Below, in pieces: positions 55,212-64,000 of a stretch of 64,000 nucleotides of DNA. The position numbers and the translations under genes are program-made. This stretch comes from Eledone cirrhosa (lineage: Eukaryota). Below the pieces are notes generated by a model. That model searched no databases and was not told the DNA's origin. It saw only the letters and a list, made by a program, of their open reading frames with translations. The stretch covers positions 42,284,001 to 42,348,000 of the forward strand of contig OZ024751.1 of the NCBI GenBank assembly GCA_964016885.1, given 5' to 3'. How positions within the stretch are numbered: position 1 is the stretch's first letter; every line of letters begins with the position of its first letter.

Positions 55212-57665
55212 CTGCAAAAAAAACACAACAGGAAAAAGAATAAAAATTAAAGGGGAAAATAATGAGTGACACAGAACATACAATAGTCAAAATATAATAT
55301 CTAAAATACAGATATGTATGAACATAATGTGGTCTCCTGATCTGACATGTCTTGCTTCATAGCATAACAACCCTTCTAACTCATGCAAGTGTGGAAAAAT
55401 AGACATATGATGATGATAAAATGTGTAAAAAGCTAAATACAGATCTGTCTGAACATGACGTGGTCTCCTGGCCCGACATATCTTGACTCATAGCACAACA
55501 ACTCATGAGAAGAAAGCAAAGGATTGTGACAAATGGAGAAATGCTGTGCTAGAAAGGACCCATCAAACCCATGCAAGTATGGAATAGTGAATGTTAAACA
55601 GTGATGATGATGATGATGATTATTATTTTGTAGAATAACTTTAACAACAGTCATGTGATTTGCAATAGTTGTTAACAGTAGGATGCATAACAGTGTTATG
55701 CTAGCTTTAAATATGATAAACACACCCAGTGCACTTTGTAAATATGATAAACACACCCAACGCACTTTGTAAAAAGGCTATTTATAGGAAAAGCATCTAG
55801 ATTGTATCAAAAGGATTAAAAAAAAGAAATTTTTGATTACTTACATATTTTATGTTTTCCTTTAATGGGGAAATTCACAACAAGTTCTTTAGGATTTTGA
55901 CAAATAAATACATATGGACTACCAGACTCTCCATTTGGAAACTAGTAAAAGAAATAAAATAATTTTATCAAAGCAATAATTTGAAAAATAAATAACATTT
56001 TTCTTCACTTTTAACATCCTGTAATAATTTAGCAGAAAATATCTAAAAACAAGGTTTGTTAATTCAAATGTTTATAGTATCTTTACTAGTAGACAGATTA
56101 TTGTGAGAATGTGTAGAGTTACAGTAAAGACTTGGATTTTTAATGTAATGCAGTCACAGTGTTGTTTTGTACTTTTGAAGCATGTCTTGCTCATGCGGTT
56201 TCATGTGGTACAGGATGACAAGAGCTGGCAAAAATGAGTTACTGTCACACTGAATCTCACTGAGAACTAGTTAAAAGTACACATATCTGTGGAATGCTCA
56301 GTCACTTGCACTACAGTACAAGATGGACTGTACAAGTAATTCAAAGGGTCACCCTTGTCATACACCGTGTTACACTGAATCTCTGAGAACTATGTTAAGA
56401 GTACACATATCTGTGGAATGCTCAGCCACTTAAATGTTAATTTCATGAGCAGGCTGTTCCATTGTTCAAACAACAGGAACACTTGGCGTTGGAACCGACA
56501 GAGGTTCATTCCTCCAATCTTCCACCACTGTTTAGAACAAGGCTAGCTCTGATAGAGTAAGCCTATGAACAAAAGGTGCTCCAACTATGACCACATCGTC
56601 TTTATCTAAGACTATATTATGCAATGTGTCCTTCCTTTTTTCTTAAGAAAGATGTGCTTTGAAGGATATTTCACTGTTGTTTTTACCAGATAACAACAAC
56701 ATAGAAGTTCCCTAGTTAGCTTGAGAACATTGCGTTGTTTAGTGACTATGATGATGATGATCTGCCTCTCCTCTCTTCCTCGTGGTATAAAGGTCTGAAA
56801 CTATAGATCAGTGCCCTACTTACCTGAGTTCGATAATCTCCATGCTCTAAACAATCAACAAGATCTACAGAGCCAAGTAGACAGCCAGGTTGATAAAACT
56901 TTGGAAACATCACATCTGCACCTGAAATTCATTTCAAATATAAAAAATATAAAAAGAAAATAAAGTTTCTATATTTAATTTTAAAATTCTAGGGAAGAAA
57001 TAAAAGAAATTGTAAATTTGTTTTTAACAAAAGAAAAATATATTCAACTGAATATATTCAAAATGACAATGGGAGTAAAAATAACATCTTATTGAGTTAT
57101 GGGCAACATATTTTGTGCAGTGGGCTGTATAGGATATGGCTCATCATAAAGCAGGCCATATTACTAAAAATTTCAAGGTAATCTTGAAATTAGGCACACC
57201 ATTCAGTAAGACAAACCCAGTACTTGACTGGTAGTTTTTTTTTACCTCAAAGGGATGAAAAGTAAAGTTGACTTCGGCAGGATTTGAACTCAGAGAATAG
57301 AGAGTCCCAGAATGAATACCACAAAGCATTTGCTAGATATAGGCAAATAGAATTACTTAGGGCTCAGAATTTGATACTTCGTTAAATTTTGATCTAAAAG
57401 CATGCCAAGTGAATACTTCATCTACAGTTTCCCTTACAATAAAATGTATAGTGTACCTTTATACATGAGACGGTAGCTGGTTTCTAATGAGTCAATCTCA
57501 TCCTGTTGGGGAGGTTTCGCTGTTGATGCTATCCACAATTTGCCCCGATGTGAGGTGTACCAGGTTCTGCCTTCATGTCTGTGAATAAGTTGTTAAAATA
57601 TTGTTATACATATAGATACAGGTATGTGTGTATGTATATATAGTCTAAAATAAATGTTAAAATAT

Positions 57666-57710
<45 letters not shown>

Positions 57711-60700
57711 TATAATTCTTCGGCTCTGTTTAATTACATTAAGCTATATCTTATACTGTCATTTCTATAATATGAAGAGGGTGTTTAACTCCAACACACT
57801 CTAGTATTTTAATTTGTATGTATGTATGTATGTATGTATGTATGTATGTTTTGAACAATGAAAATAAAAATATAACATAAGGCGAAGATAGGTTCTTAAT
57901 TAGCACATTATTTTATGATTGTTTGATACATATACATATATATATATATATTTTGCAATGATGACAGAATACATTTTGTCCACCTGTAGCTCTTGTTATA
58001 AAATAGGAATATTGATAAAAATATTAATAATAAATAACAAATAATATCTAAATATTTTAGCCATTAAAAGTCTAGAATAAAAACAAATATATCACTTTTA
58101 ACTATTAAAATCCTGTACTGCATGAGTTAAGAGAATATTTAAAAACTGGAAATACAGTTAAATACAACTTACAATTTAATGCCCGCAATTAATAATGAAG
58201 CATATGGTTGGTGCATACTTAAACAGCAACCTTCATCCCTCATCTCCTGAATCTCTTTATCTTGTAAACGAATTGATGATCGTTTTCCTTGTTCCACAGC
58301 TTTAGAAAATGAACACTCAAAAACCTGGTCTTTCGGTTGGATAAACTGAAAATGAATTAAAAAAAAAATACAAAATATTATTTCCAATAATTCAAAATAA
58401 AATTTTATGAATATATGTATATATAAAAGGATAAAGACCCCCTTCGGTTACGAATGATCATAAAATTTGCATCTAGAAAGTTCCTCTCCCAGGAACAAGT
58501 CCAGGCAAGGTTGTTTATGGAAGACCAGCAGTTATCCATGCATAGCAGCCTCTCAGCTCCACACCACCGATGTTGTCCAAGAGAAAGGCAATGGCTAATG
58601 CAGCTTGGCACCAGTGACACTGCAACACATTTCTACAGCTGAGTAAACTGGAGAGATGTGAAATAAAGTGTCTTGCTCAAGAACGCAACACATTGCTTGG
58701 TTTAGGAATCAAATTCAGAGCTGCACAATTTAAGTTCAATATTCTAACCAATAAGACATGCGAAAAATAAACGGAAAAAACACAACAGATGGTAAAATAC
58801 AACAAGGGGGAGAGGGTGCAGCTGCACCCCCAGCAATACGCCACTGATTAAGAGTTACCTACCTTTGGTGCAGCAATTTTGATGGTTGGGTTGACAAGGT
58901 CACGGACAGGAATATCTTTATTTCTGGCAGTTATTCTTGATGTCTCTTCTATCTCAGCCTGTAATTTTGTCTTCTCTTCTTCGTACAGACTCGTTCCACT
59001 CCTAAACGCTTCCTCTTCCTCGTCAATTATTTTCCGCCCGGCGAAATCAAAAGTTATTTTACGGTCCCCTCTAGACTGGAAACGAATACCTCGTAGTTCA
59101 TCTTCTCTCCGTTTTAGAACTTCTCTCTCTGACTTACTCAGCCACTGAGAATCAGAGCTAAAGTAGTCAGCATCATCATCAATCACCTGCGTTCTTTTCA
59201 CACTGGAAACAAAAAAATAAAAACAGAAAGCAATGATATAGATTTTGACATGGCATAAGCGTGGCTTAGTGATTAGAGAATTAGATTCGCAATCATGAGG
59301 TTGCGAGTTCGATTCCCGGACGAGGCAATGCGTTAAGTCCTTAAACAAGACACTTTATTTCATGTTGTAACTGGTAGATAGTATCAGCAATGGAAACATT
59401 GCTTCCTTGGTCCAATATGACAAGTTCCACCTCACTCAGTAAGTGAATGAGGTCTGGGATCTTGTTGATCAATTCCTTTCCTCAAGACAAGTTATTTCTC
59501 AAACTGGAGACAGACAGAGCAATGAAGTAGATCTTGACATGGCATAAGGCCAGTTTCTTTCACTTTTAACATCTTGTTTAGATTTATAAGAAACTGTCTT
59601 AAAAAAAGCAAAAATACCCAGACATCAGCACTATTTTAACCCTCTAGCATTTAAATCGGCCACATCCAGCCACAATTCTCTCACCCCTTTCTCTTCAAAC
59701 CGGGGCCGCTTATACCAACATTAAGGTTTTGTTCTCCAAATAAATAATAACACAATCAAAATCTCATAGATTCAATATTTTGTGAGATAAAGCCTTTACC
59801 ACAAAAATACAATAGTAGAATAATTGTTTCTACTTTTGGCACAAGGCCATCAATTACCCAGTGCATTACTGGTACTTTATTTTATCGACCCCGTAAGGAT
59901 GAAAGGCAAAGTGAACCTCGGCGGGATTTGAACTCAGACCGTAAAGGGACGTAACTATGCTGGAAAGCATGGCGTCCGACTCTCTACCGATACTGCCAAT
60001 CCACCATGTAGAATAATGTAAATGCTAAAGGGTTAATACATTTTTTCTGTTCATCAAACAAAAAACTCACTTGACTATCTGACGTCACCAAACCAATTAA
60101 TCCCTTCCCCCAAGAAAACAATAAAAAAAAAAAAATAACAATCTTACCTTGTGCTGTCATAATCAAGAAGACGATTTTTATAATCTACAGCTTTTGACAG
60201 TTCTGTTGACTGAGTAGAACAGGTGCCATTCTCTGTGGAAAGTCTTAAAATTTGGTTATTTATCAACTGTAACACTTTATCGGAATCTTTCGTCAACATC
60301 TGACGTAACTTTTCACTTTTTTTCGTACCTTCAGCTAAAATCTTTTCCTGTTCCCGACTACATACCTGTTTGTAAAAAAAGTTCAGAAAATTACAACAAA
60401 CATTAAATTGTATGTACTAATCAGTGAAGAAGAGAGGGGAGGGTTATACTTGCAAATATTTGGTAGTGTGTTAATGTGTAATCTGGTGTAGGAAATGAAA
60501 AATACTGAGGTTGATAATATGATCAACTAAATTAAGGCAGTTCCCCAGTATGGCCACAGTCTGATGACTGAAACCACTAAAGGAGTAAAAAGAAATATAT
60601 TTACCAAGTTTCCACAGAATAAACAAGGACCAGCACCTTCTTGTGCACAGACAATCCGACCACATTCAATACAATTGTTGACTAGATCATGCTTTAGTGC

Positions 60701-62640
60701 CTGGCAATCACAACCGTGTCTTCCTGGGAAAACAAAAAGGAAAGGCTCATTAATTTGTTAATTAGATCATTAATTAATTGATGTGAAATATCACACCAGG
60801 AATTTTTCAAATATATACACACTCCCTTGATAACAGGTTTTTTTTAACCCGAAAATATTTGGGATATGAGTTCAAAACCTGCTGAAGTCAATTTTGGCTT
60901 TTATCCTTTTGAGGTTGATAAGTAAAAATACCAGTCTAGTACTGGAGTCAGAGAACAGCTATTTTAAATGTTTCTGAAAGCAGGATGTGGAAATTAGAAT
61001 AAATAAATAATAAAAAAAAACAAAAAAACAATGTCAACTTTACCAGGTATTTTGACGACAGTTCGTGCAACGCCTTCATTACTGTAGAGGGATACAAACT
61101 TTTTCTTCTTTTTGACAACATTTTCATTTGTTATCTTTGGTTGCAGGCCATTGGATTGTGACTAAAATATAAAGACAAGTCTTAACTATATAGAATGTCA
61201 TAAGGTTGTAGGCCATTACATTGTGACTAAAATATAAAGACAAGTCTTAACTATATAGAATGTCATAAGGTTGTAGGTCATTACATTGTGACTAAAATAT
61301 AAAGACAAGTCTTAACTATATAGAATGTCATAAGGTTGTAGGTCATTACATTGTGACTAAAATATAAAGACAAGTCTTAACTATATAGAATGTCATAAGG
61401 TTGTAGGTCATTACATTGTGACTAAAATATAAAGACAAGTCTTAACTATATAGAATGTCATAAGGTTGTAGGTCATTACATTGTGACTAAAATATAAAGA
61501 CAAGTCTTAACTATATAGAATGTCATAAGGTTGTAGGTCATTACATTGTGACTAAAATATAAAAACAAGTCTTAACTATATAGAATGTCTGCAGTTGCCT
61601 GTCATGAGATTGTGACTAAAATTCCACAATTTATTTGAAGAGGAATATGTAGCTAAATCTCTGAAGGAGAGACCCTTTGTAGCTAGCAGTGTTAGTAGCT
61701 TCCTTGAATTTTTTCATCTGGTCCTTACTCTGGTTACTGTACTTTCAGAAAACCGACCCCCACTGCTAATTTGGTCTCCCTGGAAGCAGTAATTGTCAAC
61801 TCTCTGAGCATTTGATGGGGTTTGTTTTCTGAGCATTGGCTCCATGCAAAGCCTACCTTCTTTGCGAGGCCGCCTGCAATTCAATTCCACTATTATGGTT
61901 AGAAATTTCCCAATTTCTTTAAAGTTGTTACTATGGTTGACACTCATACTCACATCATTGGGGGGTGGTGTTGGAGCTTTATTAACAACTGGTTCAAATA
62001 CTTTAGGTTTAGCCCCTTTTGACTTCGACTTCTTGGCTGTACCCACAAAATATTCTTCCCCACTTTTGTTTTTTTGGTAGAACTGAAAATAAAAAAATAA
62101 AAAAAATAAAAACAAAGATTAGAGAACTTTTTACCTTTTAGTAATTTCAACTAGAATTTATTTTCTAACCTTCCTCTCTCACACAGATGTGCCATAAAAC
62201 TCAGCTAATTATTTTATCATATGAGTTTAATATCATGTTTATGGAATATTAGTATATTATGGCTGAATTTTCAAAAACTGATTTACTAAAATATTTTAAT
62301 TCAGCAAAAATTAAAATTACTAAAATATTTGAAAAAAAAAAAAGATCATTTTGTGAGGTAATTTTCATAAATAAATATTACCTGATTTGAAACATTTTTG
62401 GAAGGTTCTGTATTGTTGGAAAGTTTAGATGGTGGTGTCTGAGTTTTTTGTCGATTATTAGAATTACTGGCACTGGTTTGTTTGGTCGACTGTTTAGAGT
62501 TGACAAGTTGTTTTATCACAGGTGTCTTCCATTCTTTAAGTAAATGATTTAGAAATATCTGTACTTGGGAGTCAGAAGAATCAAGCAGTTCTTTCATATA
62601 TTCTTCAACATCTTGGATATTATCAATAGCAAGAATATAC
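55141..62640 (-). CDS. TRIP4: Activating signal cointegrator 1 (ASC-1/TRIP4), 11 coding exons in window; first coding exon not located
   Basis: Manually spliced GT-AG exons: 62382-62640, 61954-62082, 61044-61161, 60605-60723, 60148-60365, 58863-59202, 58173-58345, 57457-57578, 56824-56921, 55845-55941, 55141-55211. All phases are compatible. Encodes the C2HC5 zinc finger and the ASCH domain. Confidence 0.95.
55845..55941 (-). CDS. TRIP4: TRIP4 exon (FPNGESGSPYVFICQNPKELVVNFPIKGKHKI)
   Basis: Conserved ES.SP.VFIC.NP.E...FPIKG motif; GTAAGT donor. Confidence 0.92.
56824..56921 (-). CDS. TRIP4: TRIP4 exon (ADVMFPKFYQPGCLLGSVDLVDCL...)
   Basis: Conserved FP..YP.GCLLG.V.L.DCL-like motif; CAG|GTAAGT donor. 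Confidence 0.92.
57457..57578 (-). CDS. TRIP4: TRIP4 exon (HEGRTWYTSHRGKLWIAST...)
   Basis: ASCH GxKxxExR...RG.LWI motif. Confidence 0.95.
58173..58345 (-). CDS. TRIP4: TRIP4 exon, start of ASCH domain (CLSMHQPYASLLIAGIK)
   Basis: ASCH motif LS..QP.ASLL..GIK; ttcag acceptor and GTAAGT donor. Confidence 0.95.
58863..59202 (-). CDS. TRIP4: TRIP4 exon (VKRTQVIDDDADYF...KITFDFAGRKI)
   Basis: Conserved RTQVIDD.sDYF and T.DFAGR motifs; canonical splice sites. Confidence 0.95.
59258..59480 (+). mobile_element. Family 2-head SINE with a different tail; relatives at about 1965-2195 (+), 22790-23022 (-) and 11270-11375 (-)
   Basis: Same tRNA-like head; tail GGTAGATAGTATCAGCAATGGAAA...ACAAGTTCCACC shared among copies. 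Confidence 0.7.
59640..60032. mobile_element. piggyBac-type MITE interrupted by a full SINE (about 59825-60007, minus strand)
   Basis: TTAA-flanked TIRs; SINE bracketed by the 10-bp direct repeat GTAGAATAAT (59815-59824, 60008-60017). Confidence 0.85.
60148..60365 (-). CDS. TRIP4: TRIP4 exon (VCSREQEKIL...KAVDYKNRLLDYDST)
   Basis: Open frame, AG/GT boundaries, conserved KA...K.RLL.YD motif. Confidence 0.9.
60605..60723 (-). CDS. TRIP4: TRIP4 exon, C2HC5 zinc finger (RHGCDCQALKHDLVNNCIECGRIVCAQEGAGPCLFCGNL)
   Basis: Diagnostic Cys/His pattern; canonical splice sites. Confidence 0.95.
61044..61161 (-). CDS. TRIP4: TRIP4 exon (SQSNGL...KKKKKFVSLYSNEGVARTVVKIPG)
   Basis: attttag acceptor, G|GTAAAG donor; the KKKxKFVxLY motif precedes the zinc finger in TRIP4. 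Confidence 0.9.
61156..61620. repeat. 65-bp tandem repeat, 7 copies plus a partial, each containing a TRIP4 splice acceptor
   Basis: Units start at 61156, 61221, 61286, 61351, 61416, 61481 and 61546. Confidence 0.95.
61954..62082 (-). CDS. TRIP4: TRIP4 exon (FYQKNKSGEEYFVG...PPPND)
   Basis: ttttcag acceptor, GAT|GTGAGT donor, phase 0/0 fits both neighbours. Confidence 0.75.
62382..62640 (-). CDS. TRIP4: TRIP4 exon (YILAIDNIQDVEEYMKELL...)
   Basis: AG acceptor at 62641-62642, CAG|GTAATA donor; resembles the N-terminal region of vertebrate TRIP4 (YVLSIESAEEIREY). Confidence 0.85.
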
Positions 62641-63222
62641 CTTAGTGGAGAGAAGTAAGACACATTTAGAGAAATTTTCTGGGAAAAAAAAAATAGTAAG
62701 AAGCACAAATTATTAATAAATTTTAAAATGAACATAAATTTATATTTCTAAATATAAGTAGGTGACTTTTGTGGTTATGAAAACTGAAAAGGAAGAGAAA
62801 GACAAGGGCTCTAGCGTCACAGAAGAATGGGAAGGGGGAGTGATGGGCTCTAGGTCTAGGGCGCGGCGGTGACGGATTGATTAAAGTGTCAAACAAAGTT
62901 TGATAAAATATTGCTTGTTTTATTGATGTGATTGTCAATGTTGTTGTTGTTATACTGCTAAAAACACTCCCTCCACAATACATATATATATGTGTGTGTG
63001 TATGTATTATTATATTTATTATTATCATTATTAGCACAGAAGATCCCGTAAACAGGTGGAAGAAGAAATTGATTGTTTAAACATTTAATCTGTGCTAGTA
63101 ATAAACACCTACTCTACAGTTATATATATATATATATACCCATACATGCATTATTCTTATCGGGTTCTTTCTGGATTTTGGTCTTTGTATTGATTATTAC
63201 TATAAACAGTTGTGTGTGTGTG

Positions 63223-63260
<38 letters not shown>

Positions 63261-63261
63261 A

Positions 63262-63307
63262 CTTCTACGGGACTAAAACTGTTTCATTCGTATGAAATCA
63301 TCAGGAA
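63262..63307 (-). ncRNA. Family A hammerhead-like copy (core intact, stem III mismatch)
   Basis: Minus strand TTC-CTGATGA-TTTC-ATAC-GAAT-GAAAC-AG-TTTTAGTC-CC-GTA-GAA; adjacent to a (TA)n(GA)n tract. Confidence 0.5.
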
Positions 63308-64000
63308 TATATTAATATATATTCATAACCACCAGAATGTTCGTGTTTACAGCTATTGACACATACGTTACTCTAAAGAACTATACCAATTCTAAACCAT
63401 ATTTCCATTTTATTTCAAATTAAAGAAAAATAAACGAAGTTATATAATCTAAAATATATTTGATAGATATAAAATGAAAGTAAAGTATGAAGTGTGACGT
63501 GTGTATGTTTGCGAGTGAAAACACTTGTTTGTATAACGTGTCGATCTCAAACCAAGAACTTAAATTACTAATAAGAGAGCGAGATATACGACCAGAAACA
63601 AGATAAAGAATGCGTTTGAAATAAAGAACTTTATTGGTGTTGACGAAACCACAAAATGTAAACAGAACACATTTTGTGTACGAATGAAAAAAAGAAGTGG
63701 ATGGATATATGAAATTAATTTAACGAAAATTAATGCTTATTTTGTTTTGTTTTTAGAGGATTAGTAATACGGATGTACCATATTTCTTAGTTAATTAACA
63801 ACCATAAGAAACAGGTATATAATTACAGGTGTCAAAATAATAGACTTTATATGACATACGGCAGTGTTTAAAACTGTCACATGTATTATATAAACTGCCG
63901 GGTATTGTATAATCTAGATTACAAACAATTCTAAAATGGATGAAATGAAAAGTTATAAACAGAACAAATTAAAATGTTAATTAAATACGAATAAAAGAGT

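Noticed and set aside
60552-60592. CTGATGACTGAAAC, containing both hammerhead core words
   Set aside because: Only 2 nt separate the words (no stem II) and there is no stem I or III pairing; it looks like a common repeat tail.
61156-61620. Regularly spaced repeats resembling a CRISPR array (also 579-833 and 15399-15780)
   Set aside because: Units are contiguous with no unique spacers, there are no cas genes, and the context is eukaryotic.
61714-61953. ORF-track extension of the TRIP4 exon beyond PPPND
   Set aside because: A consensus GTGAGT donor at 61953 gives the correct phase; the downstream translation has no recognisable similarity. It is probably intron, though an alternative donor cannot be excluded.
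63757-63814. Plus-strand exon-like segment (ttttag...CAG|gtatat)
   Set aside because: No supporting neighbouring exon or recognisable peptide; cannot be distinguished from chance at the window edge.

Overview
AT-rich, microsatellite-laden animal genomic DNA. The SINE/LINE families and repeat load suggest a mollusc, probably an octopus (inference only). All recognisable genes are on the minus strand: TRIP4/ASC-1 (11 coding exons traced by hand at 55141-62640 with consistent phases; first exon not found), one N-terminal coding exon of mitochondrial ribosomal protein L24 (47935-48195; no downstream exons found), an orphan first coding exon (33683-33747) below a CCAAT-rich promoter, and an intronless adenosine kinase ORF (20190-21227). 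The rest is tRNA-derived SINEs, decayed LINE fragments, MITEs of piggyBac, Tc1/mariner and hAT type, and kb-scale mini/microsatellites. The most notable signal is a set of minimal type I hammerhead ribozyme motifs (CUGAUGA...GAAAC...GUH) of at least three sequence families. Most sit in short inserts within (TA)n tracts, one lies inside a perfect palindrome, and two further long near-perfect palindromes also abut (TA)n tracts. This suggests a non-autonomous, ribozyme-bearing Penelope-like/retrozyme system. All structures were read by eye; no folding or database search was run.
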